The notes below the pieces were generated by a model, which was not told the DNA's origin, made no database searches, and saw only the letters and a list, made by a program, of their open reading frames with translations. Made by a program: the position numbers and the translations under genes. From a bacterium (lineage in GTDB: Bacteria; Zhuqueibacterota; Zhuqueibacteria; Oceanimicrobiales; Oceanimicrobiaceae), in NCBI GenBank assembly GCA_046757025.1, contig JBHHXN010000046.1, forward strand, positions 1 through 33,473: a stretch of DNA of 33,473 nucleotides, written 5' to 3'. Numbering within the stretch: the first letter of the stretch is position 1; the number at the start of each line of letters is the position of its first letter. Of the stretch, positions 8,826-16,662 are shown piece by piece.

Positions 8826-9638
8826 TTACTCCGTTAGTTTGCCGAGTTTGCCTTCGTAAATGAGAGCGACATTTCCCGTTAAAAGCAATCGCTTGTCCCG
8901 TGGATCGAGCGCCACCAGCAGGGTACCTCCGCGGGTCACAACTTCTGTGGGCAGCTTTGTGCGGCCGGCTAATTGCGCGAGAAAAGCCGAAGCCAGACAG
9001 CCGGTACCGCAGGAAAGAGTTTCTTCCTCCACTCCTCTTTCATAAGTTCGCAATTTGATTTTGGTGATCGAAACGATTTGCACGAAATTCACATTGGCGC
9101 CAGCCGGTTGAAATCTCACGTGCCGGCGATATTGTCTCCCTATTTTATTTACATCGACTTGTTCGAGATTCTCGCAAAACAAAACAAAGTGCGGCACGCC
9201 GGTGTTGACAAAACCGCCGTCCTCAAAACCGGCCTCTTCGACCACGTGCACGTCGATGTTCACCTCTCTGGCAGCTGACATTTTCAGTTTCACCGCCTGG
9301 TCGTTCACCTGTGCTGAATAAACTTCCCCGCCAACCGTGAACGTCATGTCGCTAGCTGCAATCCGGTGGTGAAAGGCAAAATGGGCAGCCGAACGAGCCC
9401 CGTTGCCGCAGGTGGCTTCGCTGCCATCGGCATTAAAATATCGCATGCGGAAGTCGTGTTCGGAGCTGTTTTCGATCAGCAGCACGCCATCGGCGCCCAC
9501 CGCTGTACGGCGCTGGCAAATCTCGCGAAAGAAATCCACCTCCTGTCCCGTAAAATGGCCGGCGCGATTATCGAACAGAATGAAATCGTTACCGGTGGCG
9601 GAATATTTATAAAAAGTGATTTCGGAAAGATCGCACAT
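8826..9638 (-). CDS. dapF: Diaminopimelate epimerase
   Basis: KYSATGNDF, GADG, NADGSEATCGNG, NTGVPH, NVNF, ERGVEEETLSCGTG (both catalytic cysteines present). Confidence 0.95.
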   Translation of the reverse strand: MCDLSEITFYKYSATGNDFILFDNRAGHFTGQEVDFFREICQRRTAVGADGVLLIENSSEHDFRMRYFNADGSEATCGNGARSAAHFAFHHRIAASDMTFTVGGEVYSAQVNDQAVKLKMSAAREVNIDVHVVEEAGFEDGGFVNTGVPHFVLFCENLEQVDVNKIGRQYRRHVRFQPAGANVNFVQIVSITKIKLRTYERGVEEETLSCGTGCLASAFLAQLAGRTKLPTEVVTRGGTLLVALDPRDKRLLLTGNVALIYEGKLGKLTE

Positions 9639-9669
9639 TTTCTAGGAACGGTTAAGTAAGACTAATTCG

Positions 9670-9698
9670 AATATACTAAAGCTGACTTCGAAAGTCAA
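9670..9698 (-). promoter_or_regulatory. sigma70-type promoter of the dapF-NYN-kinase unit
   Basis: Minus strand TTGACT-N17-TATATT, 32 bp upstream of the dapF start; palindrome TGACTT-CGA-AAGTCA overlaps the -35 box. Confidence 0.65.
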
Positions 9699-9854
9699 AA
9701 ATAAATTAGTTCAGCGAGTAACACCTCAGTTTTAGAGGGGCAAGCATTCGTTTGGGCAGTCCAAAAAGTCCTCAAATACACACAACTTCAAGCTGAGTCC
9801 CGAAGTAAATTTGGGAAAGTATGTCTGTTTTTAATCAACTTATAACACTCTTCG

Positions 9855-10075
9855 TACGGCTATCCAGTTAGCTCAGAAACGGGGTTATTACTGAATTCAG
9901 TATTTAAAAGAATGCTATAGTCAGTCATTCCCGCGAAAGCGGGAATCCATTTAGAAACAAAGATTTGAGGCGGTCGAAACCTCTGGATGCCCGCCTTCGC
10001 GGGCATGACGATTAAGGTTTATATCAATCGAAAAGAGCTTTTATAAGTTCAAGCTGAGTTAACTGGATAACCGTA
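9855..10075. mobile_element. Inner MITE with 22-bp TIRs and 9-bp target-site duplication
   Basis: TACGGCTATCCAGTTAGCTCAG (9855-9876) / CTGAGTTAACTGGATAACCGTA (10054-10075). Flanking direct repeats CACTCTTCG (9846-9854) and CACCCTTCG (10076-10084). Confidence 0.7.
9924..10009. repeat. REP doublet of the GTCATTCCCGCGAAAGCGGGAATCCA (dRS3/RPE-like) type
   Basis: GTCATTCCCGCGAAAGCGGGAATCCA (9924-9949) and inverted copy TGGATGCCCGCCTTCGCGGGCATGAC (9984-10009). Confidence 0.8.
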
Positions 10076-10192
10076 CACCCTTCGACGCAGTCTATTCTGA
10101 TCTTGTCGAAGGACTCAGGGTGAAGAAACACGACTTTTTAGACAGCCCCAACAAGATCAATGGACTCCCCTCTGCGTTAGTGAGGTTTTGGT

Positions 10193-10942
10193 TCAGCGAT
10201 AATCCCGCTCCCAGGAGCCGTAAGTGGGATTGGGCAGCATGAAAAATTTTGTTCCCCAGCGCTCGTCCCCGGGCAGCTCTTTCGTACGGTATTTTTTTGC
10301 TTTTTCGGCGCCCACCACTTCCATAAAATCACGAATGTTGTCTCCCAGCAGAGCGACGATCACCAGCGGGCCATTTTTTTTGCAGCGGCCCGTACCGGCT
10401 TCCAGGCAACGGCGGCGATCAGATTTTTTGTCCTGGCGATTTTTGCGGGTGAGCATGGTATCCCCCGGCTTGAATAAACCGTATTTTTGGAGATTTTCGA
10501 TGGTGGCCTGCTCATGCTCAAAATTGCGGTTGGTAATGTACGCAATGTGCGCATTCGGACCCAGACTGCGTACCCCGTCGATAAATTCTTTGGCTCCTGG
10601 CACCAGCATGGCTTCCTTGCGGAAAACCCATTCTGCCCAGGATTGCGGGGTGAAACCCGAATCGATTTTGGTTCGTTCCACCGCATATTGTGAATTATCG
10701 AGCACGGTTTCATCCACATCCAAAACCACCACCCAGTTATTAGTTTGCGTCTGCGCGGCTTGCTGCACTGCCTGCCAGGCGCTGCGGTAGGTCTGCGTGC
10801 ACAATGCCGCGTATTCAACGGATGAAGTCACCCACTTGATGTCGTTGCGGAGCTGGGCATAAGCCGGCAAAACTCCCAACGCATAAACGACAAACATGAC
10901 AACGAAACATTTCACTACATAAACCAATTTGTTCTCTTTCAC
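10193..10942 (-). CDS. Class C acid phosphatase / 5'-nucleotidase e(P4) family (HAD superfamily IIIB), secreted
   Basis: VLDVDETVLDNSQY, ITNR, LGDNIRDF, LPNPTYGSW motifs; signal peptide ending AYA-Q. Start taken as GTG at 10942 after GGAGG; the ORF track extends to 10987. Confidence 0.9.
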   Translation of the reverse strand: MKENKLVYVVKCFVVMFVVYALGVLPAYAQLRNDIKWVTSSVEYAALCTQTYRSAWQAVQQAAQTQTNNWVVVLDVDETVLDNSQYAVERTKIDSGFTPQSWAEWVFRKEAMLVPGAKEFIDGVRSLGPNAHIAYITNRNFEHEQATIENLQKYGLFKPGDTMLTRKNRQDKKSDRRRCLEAGTGRCKKNGPLVIVALLGDNIRDFMEVVGAEKAKKYRTKELPGDERWGTKFFMLPNPTYGSWERDYR

Positions 10943-11001
10943 AGTCTCCTCCATTGCATGAGATTTACTCATTCTAATCTGATTCAATTTTTATTGGAAG
11001 G

Positions 11002-11030
11002 AAAGTAAACAGAAATGGCAAAAATCTCAA
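11002..11030 (-). promoter_or_regulatory. Putative sigma70-type promoter of the acid phosphatase gene
   Basis: Minus strand TTGAGA-N17-TACTTT. Confidence 0.4.
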
Positions 11031-11063
11031 GTTAAATTTACGCCACTACCTCATCCTGCTAAA

Positions 11064-11219
11064 GCGTGTCTGAACTAAAACGACCCTGTCTTCTCGAAGG
11101 GCGCCTGGCTGAGGGTGAAATCCTGCTCAGCTCGGCGGAGTCTGTCCTGAGCTTTGTCGAAGGGACGCCTTCGCAAAAGAGCATGTCTATCGCGCATTTT
11201 CGAGTTTTCGGAGGGACAC
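11064..11219. mobile_element. MITE, family 'GAGTGTCTGAAC...GGACAC', 4-bp TSD TAAA
   Basis: Ends GCGTGTCTGAACTAAAACGAC and TTTTCGGAGGGACAC; TAAA at 11060-11063 and 11220-11223; internal REP-like CTGTCCTGAGCTTTGTCGAAGGG. Related copies at 17865, 20284-20410 and 33438. Confidence 0.7.
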
Positions 11220-11420
11220 TAAATAAGCATTCATCCACGATTGTGGTTCAGGGAGATTTTATTTGGATGTCGCGTGCGGTCTGCTAAAAAATCTTTTCCA
11301 AAATGACATCAAAGGGTATGTAACGGAACTCTTGCCTGAAAGTGATTATTTTCCCTTGCATATTAATTTTCAACTCTATATTTTGTTTCCTTTAAAATAT
11401 ATCCCCAACAAAAAGTTTCC

Positions 11421-11948
11421 ATGAAAAAACTCGTTCACTACATCGATTTGTTAAACGAGAAAGTCGGCTACAGCGTCTCGTGGTTGACCACCGCGTTGGT
11501 GGTGCTGGTGTGCTATGATGTCTTCACCCGCTACTTACTCAAAAAAAGCAGCATCGCGGTACAGGAGTTGGAATGGCATTTATTCGCGATTATTTTTTTA
11601 TTAGGAGCGGCTTACACGTTGAAACACGACCGGCACGTACGGGTGGATGTGCTCTATCTGAAATTCTCACCCAAAATACAAGCTTGGATCAACTTTTTTG
11701 GCAGCTTGGTATTTTTAATTCCTTTCTCGATTCTGGCCATTTACACCTCAAAAAATTTTGTACTGAATTCCTTTTTGATCAATGAAACCTCACCCGACCC
11801 GGGGGGACTGCCTGCACGCTTTATCATCAAAGTCTGTATTCCTTTAGGATTTTTTCTTTTATTTTTACAAGGCGTTGCACTGGCCAGTAAATCCTTAACA
11901 ACCGCCCTGAATAAAGACCGGACTAACGTGGAGACCATAGATGGCTGA
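11421..11948 (+). CDS. dctQ: TRAP transporter small permease subunit
   Basis: Four TM helices, ELEWHLF, HVRVDVLY, PDPGGLP; overlaps the dctM start. Confidence 0.93.
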   Translation: MKKLVHYIDLLNEKVGYSVSWLTTALVVLVCYDVFTRYLLKKSSIAVQELEWHLFAIIFLLGAAYTLKHDRHVRVDVLYLKFSPKIQAWINFFGSLVFLIPFSILAIYTSKNFVLNSFLINETSPDPGGLPARFIIKVCIPLGFFLLFLQGVALASKSLTTALNKDRTNVETIDG

Positions 11949-13260
11949 GACCATGCCCTTTCTGCTTTTCGGCTCGCTGTTTTTACTTTTGTTGTTGGGA
12001 TTTCCGGTATCTTTTACGCTCGGCGGAGTTTCGCTCATTTTTGGACTTTTAACTTTCGGTTTGAATTTTTTCAATTTACTGCCATTGCGAATCTGGGGCA
12101 TTATGACCAATTACGTGCTCATCGCGGTGCCGCTGTTCGTTTACATGGGGGTAATGCTGGAAAAATCCGGGCTGGCGGAAGAGTTGCTGGAAACCATGGC
12201 GTTGCTTTTCGGGCGATTGCGAGGGGGTCTGGCCATTTCGGTGGTGGTAGTGGGCGCCATGCTCGGCGCCTCCACCGGCATCGTCGGCGCCACCGTAGTT
12301 ACCATGGGACTGCTGAGTTTGCCCACCATGCTCAAACGCGGCTACAGTCCAGAAATCGCCACCGGCACCATTTCCGCTTCCGGCACCCTCGGTCAAATCA
12401 TTCCACCGAGCATCGTGCTGGTTTTGCTGGGTAGCATCTTAAACGTTTCCATCGGTGATATGTTCATCGGCGCGGTCATTCCCGGCGCCATTTTAGTTTC
12501 ATTATATCTGATCTGGATCGTGGTCATCAGTATTATCAAACCGGATTCATCTCCTTGCATGCCTAAATCAGAGCTCGATAAATTCAAAGGCAAACTGATG
12601 ATAAAAAGAGTCTTGCAGGCTTTTATTCTGCCTTTCTTTTTGGTGCTGGCGGTGTTGGGTTCGATTTTCGCGGGCATCGCCTCGCCAACCGAAGCTGCGG
12701 CCGTGGGTGCACTCGGCGCCACTCTGCTGACGATTTTTCAGGGTCGTTTCAGCTTCACAGCCCTGAAAGCGGTGATGAAAGAAACCACGTTGTTGACCTG
12801 CATGGTGTTCATCATTCTAGTGGGGGCCACGGCTTTTGGACTGGTGTTCCGTGGCATGGGCGGTGATCGTCAGCTCACGGAGCTCATCTTGAATGCCGAC
12901 TTGGGGCCGCACACGTTCCTGGCTGTGGTGATGGTTGTCATTTTTATCGCTGGCTTTTTTATCGATTTTATCGAAATCACCTTCATCATCGTGCCGGTGG
13001 TGGCTCCCATTTTCATAAAAATGGACGTGGATTTGCTGTGGATCGGCGTGCTCATCGCCATGAATCTGCAAACGTCGTTTTTAACTCCCCCATTCGGATT
13101 TTCATTGTTCTATTTAAAAGGCGTGGCGCCGGCCGGGATTACCACCGGCCAGATCTACAAAGGTATTATTCCATTTGTGATCATCCAATTGATCGGCTTA
13201 ACCTTTCTGCTGCTTTTTCCTGAGACGGTGAACTGGTTGCCGCGTGTTACTTTAAAATGA
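11941..13260 (+). CDS. dctM: TRAP transporter large permease subunit
   Basis: Very hydrophobic 439 aa; GTLGQIIPPS, SPTEAAAVG, NLQTSFLTPPFGFSLFYL. Confidence 0.95.
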   Translation: MAETMPFLLFGSLFLLLLLGFPVSFTLGGVSLIFGLLTFGLNFFNLLPLRIWGIMTNYVLIAVPLFVYMGVMLEKSGLAEELLETMALLFGRLRGGLAISVVVVGAMLGASTGIVGATVVTMGLLSLPTMLKRGYSPEIATGTISASGTLGQIIPPSIVLVLLGSILNVSIGDMFIGAVIPGAILVSLYLIWIVVISIIKPDSSPCMPKSELDKFKGKLMIKRVLQAFILPFFLVLAVLGSIFAGIASPTEAAAVGALGATLLTIFQGRFSFTALKAVMKETTLLTCMVFIILVGATAFGLVFRGMGGDRQLTELILNADLGPHTFLAVVMVVIFIAGFFIDFIEITFIIVPVVAPIFIKMDVDLLWIGVLIAMNLQTSFLTPPFGFSLFYLKGVAPAGITTGQIYKGIIPFVIIQLIGLTFLLLFPETVNWLPRVTLK

Positions 13261-13412
13261 TTCCTGATGGAAAAGATTCGGTTTCCCGCAGGAAGACAGG
13301 ACAAATTGCCAGCCATTTGTACACTCAGATGAGCGGACGTGTTTTTCATGATCAACTTGAATGCGGTTCTGCAAAGCCAGGTAGAATGGCGTCGCAATCC
13401 TGGTATGACAAC

Positions 13413-14534
13413 TCAAATTTCATTAAACGTGTGGTAAACTTTCTCTGAAATCTCCGCCCAATTGGTCACTTGTTTTCTAAAAGTGTCGAACGATTCATAG
13501 GCCTTTTTGCTAGCGGGATCTTTTGCCGTCATTTCTTCGATGACTTCCGAAGCATATTTTTTCAAGGATGAAAGCACGTCATCCGGAAACTTGCGCACAT
13601 CGACTTTTGATTCCTGAATTATTTTCTGTAAATAACCATGGTTTTTGGATTCGAATTCAGAAAGCATCCAGATGTTGGCGCGCGCCGCGGCCGTGCGGAT
13701 GATCATCTGCAGATCTTTCGGGAGGTTGTCCCAGGCATTTTTGTTGACGGTGAGCTCCAGCACCGGTCCGGTTTCATGCCAGCCGGGATAATAGTAATAT
13801 TTTGCAATTCGGTGAAAACCCATCAGATAGTCATGGTACGGTCCCACCCATTCGGTGGCGTCGATGACGCCGCGCTCGAGATTAGTGTAGATTTCACCGC
13901 CTGCGGTCAGAATGGCCGAGCCCCCGGCTTTGGCGATGACTTTTGCGCCCAGGCCCGGAATACGCATGCGCAATCCCCGCAGGTCGCTGGCGGTGTTGAT
14001 CTCTTTGTTGAACCAGCCGCCCATCTGCATGCCGGTGTTACCTGCCGGAAACGGCACCAGATTAAACGGTGCATACACTTCTTCCCACAGTTTCCAGCCG
14101 CCGCCGCTGTATAACCAGGCGTTCATCTGCTGGGCGTTCATACCGAATGGCACGGCTGCAAAAAACTGCGCGGCTGGCACTTTGCCAGCCCAGTAGTATG
14201 CCACTCCGTGTCCCATTTCAGCCACCCCTCCACTGACGGCGTCGAACACCTCCAGCGCGGGCACCAGCTCGCCACCGCCGTAAACCTGAATTTGCATCCG
14301 CCCGTCCGACATCTCATCAATCCACTGCGCCATCATGTCCGCGCCTTCTCCCATCACCGGAAAATGCGGCGGCCAGGTGGTGACCATTCTCCACTGGTAC
14401 TTTTTTTTGGTCTGAACCACTGGTGCATCCCCAGATTGTTCGGTTCCGCTGCAGCCAAATACGAAGGATGAAGCCCCCACTAAAGAAGCTGCTGAGCCCT
14501 TTTTTAAAAACTCCCGTCGTTTGATTTTTTTCAT
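13413..14534 (-). CDS. dctP: TRAP transporter substrate-binding protein (TakP-like), Tat-exported probable lipoprotein
   Basis: ATG at 14534 after GGAGG; twin-arginine RREFLK and VFGC lipobox; WRMVTTWP, GNTGMQMGGWF, LRMRIPGLG, DATEWVGPYHD, YYYPGWHE. Confidence 0.93.
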   Translation of the reverse strand: MKKIKRREFLKKGSAASLVGASSFVFGCSGTEQSGDAPVVQTKKKYQWRMVTTWPPHFPVMGEGADMMAQWIDEMSDGRMQIQVYGGGELVPALEVFDAVSGGVAEMGHGVAYYWAGKVPAAQFFAAVPFGMNAQQMNAWLYSGGGWKLWEEVYAPFNLVPFPAGNTGMQMGGWFNKEINTASDLRGLRMRIPGLGAKVIAKAGGSAILTAGGEIYTNLERGVIDATEWVGPYHDYLMGFHRIAKYYYYPGWHETGPVLELTVNKNAWDNLPKDLQMIIRTAAARANIWMLSEFESKNHGYLQKIIQESKVDVRKFPDDVLSSLKKYASEVIEEMTAKDPASKKAYESFDTFRKQVTNWAEISEKVYHTFNEI

Positions 14535-14589
14535 TTTGCCTCCCGGATTAATTATCGGTTGTGTCAAAAGTTTTTCGTTGGTATTGATC

Positions 14590-14631
14590 TAAGCGCTTAC
14601 AGCGCCTACATCGACAAAACTTTGTCGATGT
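14590..14631. repeat. Palindrome plus strong hairpin marking the probable right end of the transposase-like element
   Basis: TAAGCGCTTA (14590-14599) and ACATCGACAAA-AC-TTTGTCGATGT (14608-14631), 15 bp beyond the stop codon at 14646. Confidence 0.6.
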
Positions 14632-14645
14632 TTGTTGGATTAATT

Positions 14646-16242
14646 TTATGCTGCAATGCCCAAAGAGTTGAACAATTTTTTCATTTCTAACTGGATGTTC
14701 TGATAATGCTTGTTTACCAGCGGCGGATTTTTGGGTTTTGGTCCTGGTTTTGTCTTGACAACACCGGCCAAAATCGGCTTAACTATTTTGTCCCGCAAGA
14801 CCAAGAGAGCCACTATAGCCTGCACTCCTTCCGGAACGGGTTCGTACTTTCTGGAGTTTTCGATCTTGCGAATGAGGTTTTTGCAGCGAAATTTCTTAAG
14901 GTCATGAGAGGCTTTTCGCGGCGAATAATTTCCATGAACAATTGGGTCGCGCGTCCGTATGGCAAAAGCAAGCTCAGCGGCAGTAAATCCCTGGGGGTTA
15001 GGCTCCAGACTGATTATCGCTTCCATGACCAGTCTGATGCGAGGCTTATTGATATCGATACCGCCAACTCGTGTCTGACCAATTTGAAAGGATTTGGGTA
15101 ATTCATCAAACCTGCCATCATCAATCGACGAGAAGTCGATACAACTGACTGCATCCAGGAATCGGTTGAGTATTTCTTTGAGGTGCGTGATGATCTCAGC
15201 GAAATTACTGAGCGACCGCCGGCAACCCAAAACTTTGGTGTTATGAACGATAGCTTCTGCGCGGAGAAGGCGTTCGCCTTTAGCATAAAACTTTACAGTG
15301 AGTGCATCAAAGTGAATCTTGAACACCGTCAAGCCATACGTAGGTCTCTCGATCACCAACTCCAGCCGAGGCTTTTTTCGTCTCTTCTGAGAGGGACGCT
15401 TTTTGTTACCAAAGATGTTTTTGATTCTCTTGATATCCAGTTCCGTCCGTGTAGGCTCTATTACCCCGTTAAAAACCTGGTCCATTTCTCGGCCTCGGGC
15501 AAACAGAAGATTCCGACTATATTCTGCCTGAAAGACCGAAAAACGGTAATGAAAACCACCGCTCACACACTTGGGTCAAGCGCCCTATAGCCCCATGATG
15601 ATGGGACAAGTTAACTGCGACAAGTCCAAGATGGTGAGCGTCGGTTATATCTGTAAAACAGTTGCCGTCTTTGGTAAATTTAATGCCTGCTTTTCTTGCT
15701 TTGCGTTCTACATACTCATGACCATTGAGCATGATTTGGGCATGGAACGGTGGATGTCCGCAAATCTTGATGGTGATATGCCCCCATTCTGGGTCCATGA
15801 TATGGAACGAATAATGCTTGACATAAGGCAGCGGCTTTTTCTTGGCAATGTTGGTGATTTTGCCATTTTCGTTGGAACGTTGAATATCGAAAACCACCGC
15901 CGGGGTGCGGCCGACAAGAATCACAAACACGCCCACAAAGTGCTCATCCGTGGGAAGATACTCTTGGGCTATTTCATGCTTGCGCTCTCCGGCGTGACAG
16001 TGTCTTATCGGTATCTTCTGATTTTTGGCATAGGCATGAATCCGGCGACTCATGCGACCAGCAAAACGCATAAGGTGTTGGTTATTTAAATGCTCATCTG
16101 AGCCTTTTAGTTGACGCCACCAGGTTCGGAAACCAGCCGGGGAACAACCAAGGGGGAAATAGGCATTCAGTACAATACGGTCGACACAATCGTAGGTAAA
16201 ATCCAGATAAGACGAATAATAATCAGTAAACGAGTCTAACAT
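14646..16242 (-). pseudogene. Frameshifted putative transposase-like gene (~530 codons; C-terminal winged helix; no recognisable DDE triad)
   Basis: Overlapping ORFs 15517-16242 and 14646-15566 read as halves of one protein (CVDRIVLNAY..GFRTWW..HYSFHIMDPEWGH..LNGHEY..VCERW / GFHYRFSVFQAEYSRNLLF..KFYAKGERLLRAE..DLKKFR..IAA). Frame change near 15556-15560; hairpins at both sides. Family assignment is from recollection of similar mobile 'hypothetical/MarR-annotated' proteins, not from a search. Confidence 0.65.
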
Positions 16243-16397
16243 TGGCTAAAAGACCTTAGGTAAAGTTTTCAATAGCAACTGTCTAAAGAACAGAGCCTTT
16301 CCCTCGCACATGATGACTTCTGTCATCCGAACAAATATAGGCAAAAGGTCAATAATAAACAAACATCTTAACAACAGAACATTCTCCGAAATTAACT

Positions 16398-16438
16398 GCC
16401 CGAAGGGCCACTTTTTCCAAGCGAAGTCTTGGAAAAAG
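16398..16438. repeat. Two hairpins upstream of the transposase-like gene (possible left end or terminator)
   Basis: GCCC-GAA-GGGC (16398-16408); CTTTTTCCAAG (16411-16421) / CTTGGAAAAAG (16428-16438). Confidence 0.5.
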
Positions 16439-16503
16439 CGTAGTATCTGAGAAGTTAAATTCTGTCACTTTTTGGCAAGATATGAAAATTCAAATCCCAA
16501 AAA

Positions 16504-16632
16504 GCAAAGATTTCACGCGAAGGCGCAAACGGATTGCAAAGAAAAACCTTGGCGTATTCTTTGCGTCTCTGTCCCGCCTTTATGCGGGATGCGCTTTTAA
16601 ATATTTTTTGGTTCCGGCTTGTCCGGGTTAGG
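16504..16632. repeat. Degenerate palindromic repeat element ending in GGTTCCGGCTTGTCCGGGTTAGG
   Basis: Repeated GCAAAG/GCGAAG/GCGCAAA units opposed by CTTGGCG/CTTTGCG; inserted hairpin TCCCGC-CTTTAT-GCGGGA; terminal CCGG-CTTGT-CCGG hairpin at 16610-16632. Confidence 0.45.
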
Positions 16633-16662
16633 AATTAATCAGGATAAATTCAATTCCTTTAT

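Larger units (their letters stand above)
9754..10148. mobile_element. Outer MITE-like element with 17-bp terminal inverted repeats, containing nested elements
   Basis: GGGCAGTCCAAAAAGTC (9754-9770) / GACTTTTTAGACAGCCC (10132-10148), 2 mismatches; no coding capacity. Confidence 0.6.

Noticed and set aside
11066..11287. 73-aa ORF
   Set aside because: Mostly coincides with the MITE at 11064-11219.
13260..13413. Terminator between convergent dctM and dctP
   Set aside because: Only a weak CCAGG/CCTGG pairing without a U-tract.
15517..15566. Programmed ribosomal frameshift in the transposase-like gene
   Set aside because: No canonical slippery heptamer (e.g. A AAA AAG) at the overlap; a deletion or sequencing error is more plausible.
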